Of a DNA stretch of 64,000 nucleotides, positions 42,922-51,243 are shown piece after piece. The stretch is from assembly GCA_021735685.1 (NCBI GenBank), contig JAIPGN010000001.1, positions 15,994 to 79,993 of the forward strand. The letters run 5' to 3'. Position 1 is the first letter of the stretch. Each line of letters starts with the position of its first letter. The position numbers and the translations under genes are program-made. The notes beneath the pieces are model-generated. The model searched no databases, was not told the origin of the DNA, and saw only the letters and a program-made list of their open reading frames with translations. The stretch comes from Patescibacteria group bacterium. Its GTDB lineage: Bacteria; Patescibacteriota; Patescibacteriia; UBA2591; UBA6264.

Positions 42922-45837
42922 TTAGGGAAGAATTTCAAAAGACGTTACTTCGCTACTTAGAAATTGACCATTTTGGTCGATTATTTCTGCCCAAATTTGA
43001 TAAGAGCCTGGATCAGTTTTGGTCCAAGTGAAATTTGTAACCCCGGCGCTTTCTGGAGAAAAAATAGTACTTAAGAGTAAAGCGTTTTCGCTTTCTTTTT
43101 GCGCGAAAAATCTTATTTTTTCTAAAGAAAGAGCAGGAATCAAGAGAGACAGGTCGAAAGGAATATTTTGTTGGTTGATTTCTTGGCCATTGGCCAAGCC
43201 TAACCAGGTTATTCTTTGCTCAAAAGAGGAAGCAGTGGAAATCCAAATGCTTTCACTTTTTTGATTTTCAATGTCATCTGAAGCAATGACAGTTATTTTG
43301 TGTTGGCCCGCCTCAACTCCAGATAAATTCATTTGACAGGTTGTATTTATTTCTTGGTTTGGTTGGGGAGAAGAGATGGTAATTAGATCAAGAGCAATAT
43401 TATCCAAGGAACATTTTATTTTTTTAATTCCTCGGGCTGAAGAAGATTTAATGTTCACTTTCACGGTTTGATTATCAATAGTTTGGCCATTATAGGGAGA
43501 GAGAATGGTTAGAGAAGGTTGATTAAAGGGAATATGAAGATCGTCGTATTCAGCAGGAGGAGCGCTTAGTCTTTTTGAGTCTTGGGCTAGCCATTCAGAT
43601 ATCCCTTCTTGCCAGCGATTGTATTGGGGGTCAAGAGAAGGATTAAGAGGAGCTGGACCTCGGGGGTCGTCTTTGTCTATATATTTTAAAAGAGGATAGT
43701 AGTTTTGAAATACTTTTTCTTCAACAAAAGAAGGAGGAGTTAATTCGGTTGCTATCTTTTGTGAGGCTTTGTCAATTTTTAAAGTGATGGTGTCTTCGGG
43801 GATTTGACCGTTGAGAATTGGTTTTTCGGTTAATATTTTTTCTGGTTTAGTGAATTTTTGAGGTGGTGTATTCTGAAGAACAGCTTGCATATATTGTTTC
43901 CAAATTGGACCAGCTAAAGTAGAGCCATCAGCTTTTTCTGCCATAGCTTCGTTGTTATTATTGCCGACCCAAACTCCAGTAATTCGATTCGGAGTGTAGC
44001 CAATGGTCCAAGCATCAAGAGCATTATTAGTGGTTCCAGTTTTAGCGGCTACCGGTCGATCGGGTAAAGTCAAGTTATTGTTTTCTCCAAACACAAAACT
44101 GCGGGCTTGGTTATCAGAAAGGATATCATTAATTTGACGAGCTACTTGAGGAGATAAGACTTGTTGAGTTTCTGGATATTGAGTATCATTTTCTTCTAAT
44201 ATTTTACCAGCGCTGTCTTTAACTTGCAAAAGATAAGTGGTGGGTATTTTCTTTCCTTCTCGGGCAAAAATACCAAAAGCAGAAGCATGTTCTAATAGTT
44301 TCACTTCTGCACTTCCTAGAGCTAAAGAAAGCCCATAGCGGCTCGGTTCAATTAGAGTGGTGTAATCCATTTTTTGAGCCAAATTAATTACTTCTTGAAC
44401 GCCAGTTAAGTATAAAGTTTTTACGGCTGGAACGTTTAAAGAGCCGGCTAAAGATTGACGAATGCTTACTGGTCCGTAATATTTTTGATTATAATTTTGA
44501 GGAATGTAATCTTTATTTCCAAAGCGACCAAAATTAGTTTGAGTGTCAAAGAGAATAGTTTCGGGAGTTAATCCCTTTTCTAGGGCAGCGGCGTAAACAA
44601 TTGGCTTAAAGGATGATCCTGGTTGACGATTGGCGGTAATGATATCCACCTGTCCATCTATTTCCTGATCAAAGAAATCTTTTGATCCCACCCAAGATAA
44701 GATTTCCCCCGTTTGAGCATCTATGCTAATTAAAGCTGCATTAGAGGCATTAAATCTTTCTTGATTTCTTTGGGCATATTGTTCAATGGTTTCTTCAGCT
44801 AAGCGTTGCTGAGTGACATCAAGAGTGGTGATAACTTTTAACCCCCCTTGCTCCACTTGCCTTTGGCCATATTTTTCAATTAATTGTCGGCGGACGTACA
44901 TCACAAAATGAGGAGCAATAATATTTTCTTGCCGAAGAGCTATTTTGCTTAGGGTATCTATTTTTTGAGCTTGTTCAGAGATTTCTTTAGTAATGTATCC
45001 TTCAGTGGCCATAATTTCTAAAATATGATTACGTCTTTGAATAAGTTCTTCTTTTTGATTTCCGTAAGGAGAATAATAGGTAGTGGCTTTAGTTAAAGCA
45101 GCTAAAAGTGCTGATTCATCCAAAGTAAGGTGGCGAGCTGATTTATTGAAATAGATTTGACTGGCTGCCTCAATGCCATAAGCGTTGGAACCGTAAGGAA
45201 TTTCATTAAAATACATTTGGAGAATTTCTTGTTTGGAAAACTTTTTTTCAATCTGATAGGCTAAAAGTAATTCTTTGATTTTTCTAACATAAGTTTTTTC
45301 TGAAGTTAAAAAAGCATTTTTAACAAATTGTTGAGTAAGGGTTGAGCCGCCTTGAGCTTTATTGCCTTGGATTAAATCTACAATGATAGATCTGAGGATA
45401 GCTTTTAAGTCAAAACCAGGATGTTGAAAAAAATCTCGATCTTCTACAACAATGGTCGCCCAAATCGTGTGCTGGGGTATATCTTCTAACTTGATTAAAG
45501 TTCTCTTTTGATCGGCAAATATTTCGTAAAGAATTGTTTTGCCGTTGCGGTCGTAAATTTTAGTGCTCTGAGCAACCTCTCTTTGAAAAAGTTTATCTGG
45601 TTGAGGTAAATTATGATTAATCCAAGCAAAAATAGCGGTAACTGAGCTGGCCCCAAAAAGAAAAAGAAAAGCCACTAGCAAGAAAATTCTTTTGCTAGTT
45701 GGTTTGAATCTTTTTTTATTTTTCTTTTTTCCTCCCAAGGATTTTTTTCGCCAGGTTTTTTGAAGGGAGCGAGACTTGGTTCTAGGAGAAGACGGAGAGG
45801 AAATAGATTTTTTTCGCCAGGTTTTATTTTTTTTCAT
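42922..45837 (-). CDS. class A penicillin-binding protein (PBP1A-type glycosyltransferase + transpeptidase) with basic N-terminal tail and C-terminal extension
   Basis: 971 aa. GT51 motifs (…RDFFQHPGFD…), TP motifs PGSSFKP, SLN and KTGTT. An N-terminal about 60-aa K/R/S tail with a repeated KTWRKKS. Confidence 0.85.
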   Translation of the reverse strand: MKKNKTWRKKSISSPSSPRTKSRSLQKTWRKKSLGGKKKNKKRFKPTSKRIFLLVAFLFLFGASSVTAIFAWINHNLPQPDKLFQREVAQSTKIYDRNGKTILYEIFADQKRTLIKLEDIPQHTIWATIVVEDRDFFQHPGFDLKAILRSIIVDLIQGNKAQGGSTLTQQFVKNAFLTSEKTYVRKIKELLLAYQIEKKFSKQEILQMYFNEIPYGSNAYGIEAASQIYFNKSARHLTLDESALLAALTKATTYYSPYGNQKEELIQRRNHILEIMATEGYITKEISEQAQKIDTLSKIALRQENIIAPHFVMYVRRQLIEKYGQRQVEQGGLKVITTLDVTQQRLAEETIEQYAQRNQERFNASNAALISIDAQTGEILSWVGSKDFFDQEIDGQVDIITANRQPGSSFKPIVYAAALEKGLTPETILFDTQTNFGRFGNKDYIPQNYNQKYYGPVSIRQSLAGSLNVPAVKTLYLTGVQEVINLAQKMDYTTLIEPSRYGLSLALGSAEVKLLEHASAFGIFAREGKKIPTTYLLQVKDSAGKILEENDTQYPETQQVLSPQVARQINDILSDNQARSFVFGENNNLTLPDRPVAAKTGTTNNALDAWTIGYTPNRITGVWVGNNNNEAMAEKADGSTLAGPIWKQYMQAVLQNTPPQKFTKPEKILTEKPILNGQIPEDTITLKIDKASQKIATELTPPSFVEEKVFQNYYPLLKYIDKDDPRGPAPLNPSLDPQYNRWQEGISEWLAQDSKRLSAPPAEYDDLHIPFNQPSLTILSPYNGQTIDNQTVKVNIKSSSARGIKKIKCSLDNIALDLITISSPQPNQEINTTCQMNLSGVEAGQHKITVIASDDIENQKSESIWISTASSFEQRITWLGLANGQEINQQNIPFDLSLLIPALSLEKIRFFAQKESENALLLSTIFSPESAGVTNFTWTKTDPGSYQIWAEIIDQNGQFLSSEVTSFEILP

Positions 45838-45979
45838 CTTTTTTATTTTATCACAATAAAGAGAAATAACAATTGAAGAAAAATTTTTTTCTTGCTATGA
45901 TAAATTTATCAAATATTAAATTTAAAATTATTAATTCTTTAGCTCTTGGCACTTTTTTGAGAAGTGATATCATAAAAAT

Positions 45980-47356
45980 ATGATTAAATTTAAATCTACT
46001 CGATTTATTGTTATTTTTTTCGTGATGACAGTTTTGATTAGCTCAGGATTTAGTTGTCGTTGCGTTTCTAATGAAATGGAGGAAAAGATAGCTCCTATTA
46101 ATTTGGTTTATTGGCGGGCCACAGATAGTCAAGATGCTTTTTTAGAAATAATTAAAAGTTTTCGAAAAAAATATCCTCACATTTCTGTTACCTATCGTTC
46201 TCTTCGACCTGAAGAATATGAACAAGCTTTATTAGAGGCTTGGGCTGAGGATCGAGGGCCAGATATTTTTTCTATTCCCCAAAATTGGTTAGGAAAGTAT
46301 CAAACTAAAATTTTACCTTTAGGGCTTTCTCAAGAAATATTAATGGCTCGGGAAGTGGTTTCAGAGGGAATTCAAAAAGAAGTTAAGGTCATAGAAGAAA
46401 AAAAGAAAGCTCCTAATCTAAGGCAGTTAAAAGAAACTTTTGTCGAAACAGTTCCTCAAGATATTTTAAAAGAAGGGAAGATATATGGACTTCCTTTGTC
46501 TTTGGATGTGTTAGCTCTTTATTATAATCGCGATATTTTAAACGAAGCTGGAATTATTCGCCCTCCTCAGAATTGGCAAGAGTTTGTAGACCAAGCAAGG
46601 ATATTGAATCTTTGGGATCAAGAGGGTAATTTTTTGCGCTCGGCCGTTCCTTTAGGGACTGCTAAGAATATTGAAAATTATCCCGACATTCTTTCTCTTT
46701 TAATGCTTCAGAATGGGACTTCAGTGGTTAATGAAACAGGACAAGCAATTTTTGACCAACCTCTCCCTCAAGACCCAGATTACTTCCCTGGAGAAGAAGC
46801 TCTTCGTTTTTATCTTTCTTTTGCCAATCCTTCTCAAGATATTTATAGCTGGAATCAGGATATGCCAGAATCCTTAAATGCCTTTACTCAAGGTTTGACT
46901 GGTTTTTTGTTTGGCTATTCTAACTATTTAAATTTAATTAAAGAACAGGCCCCCAAATTAAATTTTGACCTTACTAAAGTTCCTCAAATTAAAGAGTCTT
47001 TAAAAGAAGTGAATTATGCTAATTATTGGATGGAAACTGTCTCTAAGAAAAGTCAACATCCGGAAGCAGCTTGGGCTTTTTTGTTACATGCTATCGAACC
47101 AATTAATGCTAAAACTTTTGTAGAGAGGGCCAAAAAACCGACTGCTCATCGATCCCTAATCCAATTTCAATTAGAGGATTTTGATCTAATGCCTTTTGCT
47201 TCTAGTGTTCTTACAGCACAAACTTGGTACCAGGGCAAAAGTTATTCTTTAGTTAAAGAATCTTTTCAAGAAATGATTGAAAGCGTCTTAAATGGACAGA
47301 AAACAATTAAAGAGGCAATTAAATACGCTGCCCAAAGAATTAATTTGACTAATTAG
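45980..47356 (+). CDS. extracellular solute-binding lipoprotein (ABC-transporter SBP family 1-like), orphan
   Basis: 458 aa. Signal peptide with a Cys-containing lipobox-like segment. SBP_bac_1-like pattern throughout. No permease or ATPase genes adjacent. Confidence 0.6.
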   Translation: MIKFKSTRFIVIFFVMTVLISSGFSCRCVSNEMEEKIAPINLVYWRATDSQDAFLEIIKSFRKKYPHISVTYRSLRPEEYEQALLEAWAEDRGPDIFSIPQNWLGKYQTKILPLGLSQEILMAREVVSEGIQKEVKVIEEKKKAPNLRQLKETFVETVPQDILKEGKIYGLPLSLDVLALYYNRDILNEAGIIRPPQNWQEFVDQARILNLWDQEGNFLRSAVPLGTAKNIENYPDILSLLMLQNGTSVVNETGQAIFDQPLPQDPDYFPGEEALRFYLSFANPSQDIYSWNQDMPESLNAFTQGLTGFLFGYSNYLNLIKEQAPKLNFDLTKVPQIKESLKEVNYANYWMETVSKKSQHPEAAWAFLLHAIEPINAKTFVERAKKPTAHRSLIQFQLEDFDLMPFASSVLTAQTWYQGKSYSLVKESFQEMIESVLNGQKTIKEAIKYAAQRINLTN

Positions 47357-47439
47357 AGGTTCGGTTGATTAGGTATTTGGGGATTGGAGTTATAAAAAAT
47401 GATTAGAAATTCTTTTAATTAATTTGCTAATTTTTTTAA

Positions 47440-48048
47440 ATGTTATTAAAGAAAAAAAATATTTTTATTTTTCTGTTAATTGTTCTTTTTGTTTTTTTTC
47501 TAAATTTTAATTTAGCTGAAGCAGCTAATAATTGTAATGAATTTTGTAAAAGCAATTGTGGATTAGAGAACAATCCTAACCTTTGCCGAATAGTAGGGGC
47601 GGCAGAAGAAAATATGATTTGTAGTTGTTGTCCGGCAGTAATTGGTCAGGGCAATAAGTATGAGTGTTATTGCCAAAATAGCAATAAAGTAATTTGTGAG
47701 GTTGGAGGATTGTTTGGAGGAGAGAAAATGGCAATATGTTCTTGTTGCGGAGATTGTGATTTAAGTGATTTTTTGTATCTCGGAGTGAATGTTGCTGAAA
47801 ATATTTTAAAGTATATGGGGGCTTTAGCTCTTTTACTTTTTGTTTTAGGAGGGATTATGTGGATAACTTCGGGTGGCTCAAAGACCAGAATTCAAAAGGG
47901 AATGGCTATTATTAAAGGATCTTTGATTGGTTTAGCGATTATTATATTTGCTTTTTTGATGATAAGGGTTATAATGGAGAAAGTTTTAAAAGTGGAAGAT
48001 CAGTATCTTCCTCAATCTACTAGCGCGCAAGAACAAAAAATTTCTTAA
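47440..48048 (+). CDS. paralog 1 of small two-helix membrane protein family, with an N-terminal Cys-rich (14 Cys) ectodomain
   Basis: 202 aa. Sec signal peptide, a Cys-rich about 90-aa domain, then the helix1-WITSGG-helix2 module shared with the four downstream paralogs. Confidence 0.6.
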   Translation: MLLKKKNIFIFLLIVLFVFFLNFNLAEAANNCNEFCKSNCGLENNPNLCRIVGAAEENMICSCCPAVIGQGNKYECYCQNSNKVICEVGGLFGGEKMAICSCCGDCDLSDFLYLGVNVAENILKYMGALALLLFVLGGIMWITSGGSKTRIQKGMAIIKGSLIGLAIIIFAFLMIRVIMEKVLKVEDQYLPQSTSAQEQKIS

Positions 48049-48051
48049 TTT

Positions 48052-48402
48052 ATGAAGAAAAAAAATATTTTATTATTTTTAGTATTGAGTTGCCTTCTAG
48101 TTTTTGGTTGGAATGGTATAACCCAAGCGCAATCAGTAGTAAGTTTGCCTGATCCCTTAAAAGGACAAGGAGATGATCCTTCGGTTTTAGTTGGAAATAT
48201 TTTGAATTATGTTTTAGGGATGTTAGGCGTTTTGGCTTTAGTAATGTTTGTTTATGGTGGATTGATGTGGATGACTTCAGGTGGAGCCAGTGAAAAAATT
48301 AAAAAAGGAAAGGATACTATTGTTTGGTCAATCTTGGGATTGGCTTTAATTTTTTTCAGCTATGCCCTTTTGGATTTTATTTTAGCCGCTTTACAGCAAT
48401 AA
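48052..48402 (+). CDS. paralog 2 of small two-helix membrane protein family (VirB2/TrbC/TraA-like pilin topology)
   Basis: 116 aa. Signal peptide …TQAQS, then …VLGMLGVLALVMFVYGGLMWMTSGGASEKIKKGKDTIVWSILGLALIFFSYALLDF…. Confidence 0.6.
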   Translation: MKKKNILLFLVLSCLLVFGWNGITQAQSVVSLPDPLKGQGDDPSVLVGNILNYVLGMLGVLALVMFVYGGLMWMTSGGASEKIKKGKDTIVWSILGLALIFFSYALLDFILAALQQ

Positions 48403-48481
48403 GTATTGACTTGACAATTCATTAAGTAGTTTTATATTATTAAGTTAATAGGTCGAATTATTAATTATTTTAAGAAGAAAT

Positions 48482-48880
48482 ATGTTGAAAAAAATGAGAT
48501 CAAAGGCAAATCTTTGGTTTTTGGTAGTAATGATGATGGTTAGTTTGTTTTTCTCTTTACCTGTTTTAGCTCAGGAAGAAGAAAACCTTAATCTTCGAGA
48601 CGGTCTTGATGATTTTCTAACTGGTTCAGAGATGGGAGGCAAGCCAATTGGATTTGTGATTGGACGAATAGTGCAGGGAGTTTTAGGTATTCTTGGCTTG
48701 GTCTGTTTAGTTATCTTTGTTATTGCTGGTTTCCAGTGGATGACCTCTGCTGGCAGCAAAGAAAAAATTCAAAGTGCGCAAAAATCAATGAGCGCAGCAG
48801 TAATTGGTTTAATTATTGTGATTATTTCTTGGGCGGCGATTGATTTTATTGTTGGCGCTTTAGAATCTGTAACTGGATAA
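48482..48880 (+). CDS. paralog 3 of small two-helix membrane protein family
   Basis: 132 aa. Signal peptide …VLAQEE, then …VLGILGLVCLVIFVIAGFQWMTSAGSKEKIQSAQKSMSAAVIGLIIVIISWAAIDF…. Confidence 0.6.
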   Translation: MLKKMRSKANLWFLVVMMMVSLFFSLPVLAQEEENLNLRDGLDDFLTGSEMGGKPIGFVIGRIVQGVLGILGLVCLVIFVIAGFQWMTSAGSKEKIQSAQKSMSAAVIGLIIVIISWAAIDFIVGALESVTG

Positions 48881-48915
48881 AATTTTTCTTCTTAAAGTTA
48901 AAAAAGAGGTTTACA

Positions 48916-49290
48916 ATGAAAAAAAAGTTATTATCTTTTTTTAGCTTGTTTTTGTTATTTTCCTTGGTAATTGCTCCGGCTGTTTTTGCTCAGGATTTAG
49001 GACAAGCTCTTATGGATGATTTTCAAGACGAGGCTGGCATTGGCGATAAAAGCCTTGCTGAGGTCACAGGTAGTGTTGTTAAGGCAATTTTGAGTGTTTT
49101 AGGATTAGTTGCTTTAATTATTTTTATTATCGCTGGCTTCCAGTGGATGACCTCAGGTGGCAATAAAGAAAAGATTCAAGGCGCGCAAAAATTGATGGGA
49201 GCAGCAGTAATTGGTTTAATTATTGTGATTATTGCCTGGGCTGCCACTTACTTTGTGGTTCAATCCTTGACTGGTGTCACTGGAGCTTAA
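48916..49290 (+). CDS. paralog 4 of small two-helix membrane protein family
   Basis: 124 aa. Signal peptide …VFAQD, then …ILSVLGLVALIIFIIAGFQWMTSGGNKEKIQGAQKLMGAAVIGLIIVIIAWAATYF…. GAGG lies 9 nt upstream, the only SD-like start among the paralogs. Confidence 0.6.
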   Translation: MKKKLLSFFSLFLLFSLVIAPAVFAQDLGQALMDDFQDEAGIGDKSLAEVTGSVVKAILSVLGLVALIIFIIAGFQWMTSGGNKEKIQGAQKLMGAAVIGLIIVIIAWAATYFVVQSLTGVTGA

Positions 49291-49325
49291 CAAAAGATTA
49301 TTATCTTTGTAATTTAAGCTAATTT

Positions 49326-49718
49326 ATGTTTTTTTGTCGTTTCCGAGAAAAGGTCTCAAGACTTTGGGGAGCAATGATGTTTTTTTTCTTTTGTTTAATG
49401 ACTCCAGCGCAAGCTATTAACATTCGAGAAGGATTAACATCAGCTGCTTCTAGCGCTGGCCTAAATACCAATCAATCTTTGGCCCTAACCGTTGGCTTAG
49501 TATTTCAGAAAGTGTTAGGTGTTTTAGGACTAATTTTATTAGTTTTATTTGTGGCGGGTGGTTTAATGTGGATGACTTCGGGAGGAAGTACTGATAAAAT
49601 AAAAAAAGCTCGAGGCCTGCTTATTAATGCTGTAATTGGCATGGTTCTTGTGATTTTAGCTTACGCCTTAACTGATTTAGTGATTGGGGGTATAGAGAAA
49701 GCGATAATTACGAATTAG
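49326..49718 (+). CDS. paralog 5 of small two-helix membrane protein family
   Basis: 130 aa. The true start is probably the internal MMFFFFCLMTPAQA. …VLGVLGLILLVLFVAGGLMWMTSGGSTDKIKKARGLLINAVIGMVLVILAYALTDL…. Confidence 0.55.
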   Translation: MFFCRFREKVSRLWGAMMFFFFCLMTPAQAINIREGLTSAASSAGLNTNQSLALTVGLVFQKVLGVLGLILLVLFVAGGLMWMTSGGSTDKIKKARGLLINAVIGMVLVILAYALTDLVIGGIEKAIITN

Positions 49719-49826
49719 CTTAACATAGTTTTTCAAGAAACTATAAAAATGCACTCAGATATTTTCTGGGTGCATTTTGTTTTTAAAATTTTACTTTGTC
49801 TTTTAGAAGTGTTAAAATAAATTAAT

Positions 49827-50549
49827 ATGAGTGGACATTCTAAGTGGGCAAAAATAAAACATTCTAAAGGCTCTGTTGATGCCAAAAAAAGTGCTCTTTT
49901 TACTAAATTAGGGCAAGCTATTGTTATTGCTAGTCGGGAGGGAGGAGGCGATTTGGACACTAATTTTAAATTACGATTGGCGGTGGAAAGGGCAAAAAAG
50001 GCTAATCTTCCGAAAGATAATATTGAAAGGGCGATTAAAAAAGGAACTGGTGAGGTTAAAGGACAACAAATTGAAGAGGTTACTTACGAAGCCTTTGGCC
50101 CAGAAGGAAGCACTTTTGTAATTGAAGTGGTGACAGATAATAAAAATCGTTCAGTAACTAATATGCGAAAAATTTTTTCCAAACACGGAGGAAATTTAGG
50201 TAGCCAGAATTCTGTTCTTTGGATGTTTGATCAATTAGGGGTTATTCGTTTAAAGAAAGAGTTAATCGTTGCCCAAAAAGAAGAATGGCAGTTGAAGTTT
50301 ATTGAATTTGGTGCTATTGACTTCAAGGAAGAAGAGGAAGAATTTATTATTTACTCTGATTTTAATCATTTGCAAGACTTAAAAGAAAAAATAGAAAAAA
50401 GGGGTTTAGAAATTGAGAGCGCGGAAACAGAATGGGTTCCCAAGGATCCTATAGAAATGAAAGAAAGTCAAGAAAAAAAGATTTTTAGCATTTTTGAAGA
50501 GCTAGAAGAAAATCCAGATGTTCAAAATTATTACACTAATTTTAATTAA
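49827..50549 (+). CDS. YebC/PmpR-family transcriptional regulator
   Basis: 240 aa. MSGHSKWAKIKHSKG…RLAVERAKKANLPKDNIERAIKKG is diagnostic. Confidence 0.85.
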   Translation: MSGHSKWAKIKHSKGSVDAKKSALFTKLGQAIVIASREGGGDLDTNFKLRLAVERAKKANLPKDNIERAIKKGTGEVKGQQIEEVTYEAFGPEGSTFVIEVVTDNKNRSVTNMRKIFSKHGGNLGSQNSVLWMFDQLGVIRLKKELIVAQKEEWQLKFIEFGAIDFKEEEEEFIIYSDFNHLQDLKEKIEKRGLEIESAETEWVPKDPIEMKESQEKKIFSIFEELEENPDVQNYYTNFN

Positions 50550-50560
50550 ATTTTTTCCAG

Positions 50561-51112
50561 ATGACTATTTTAGGAATTGATCCGGGATTTGCTTTGACTG
50601 GTTATGCCTTATTAAAAAAAGATGACAGAAGTAAAAATCTCTCTTTAATTGATTATGGTTGTGTTTCTACTTCCGCTCAAGAGGTTTTTCCTCAAAGATT
50701 GGTTATTCTTTATTCAGAAATTAAAAAAATTATTAAAGAGTATTGTCCTGATCAATTAGCGATTGAAGATATTTATTTTGCTAAGAATGTGAAGACAGCG
50801 GTTAAGGTTAGTCAAGCGCGTGGAATTGTTATCTTGGCGGCAGCTCAAGTTCCAGAAATGAAAATTTCTAATTTTACTCCCCTTCAGGTGAAACAAGCTT
50901 TAACCGGTTATGGCCGTGCCTCTAAAAAACAGATTCAACAAATGGTAAAGAGTGTTTTAAAGTTAAAAGAAATTCCCCGTCCTGATGATGCTGCTGATGC
51001 TATTGCTATTGCCTTGACTTGTGCCCAAACAAATCCCTTGATTGGTGGGGCCTTGGTGGGGCCAGACCCCAAAAATGCCTTGCCTAAAACCAGCTCAGAG
51101 AAAGAGTTTTAG
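50561..51112 (+). CDS. ruvC: crossover junction endodeoxyribonuclease RuvC, with C-terminal about 20 aa contributed by a repeat element
   Basis: N-terminus MTILGIDPGFALTGYAL. The …DDAADAIAIALTCA block. The tail …IGGALVGPDPKNALPKTSSEKEF is encoded by inverted repeat copy C. Confidence 0.8.
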   Translation: MTILGIDPGFALTGYALLKKDDRSKNLSLIDYGCVSTSAQEVFPQRLVILYSEIKKIIKEYCPDQLAIEDIYFAKNVKTAVKVSQARGIVILAAAQVPEMKISNFTPLQVKQALTGYGRASKKQIQQMVKSVLKLKEIPRPDDAADAIAIALTCAQTNPLIGGALVGPDPKNALPKTSSEKEF

Positions 51113-51150
51113 GGTCAATTTTTCAAAAGCGTTAATTTTTTAACGTTTTT
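51056..51150 (-). repeat. about 100-nt dispersed repeat element, copy C (inverted), overlapping the ruvC 3' end
   Basis: Reverse complement reads aaaaacgttaaaaaattaacgctttt…ctctttctctgagctggttttaggcaaggcatttttggggtctggcccc. Confidence 0.8.
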
Positions 51151-51243
51151 ATTTTTTTTATTAGATTAATTAATCAATGATTTTGAGAATAAAAAAAGAG
51201 GCTAAGAAGCCCTTTTCTTTTTAAATTTTTTGGGTAATTAATT

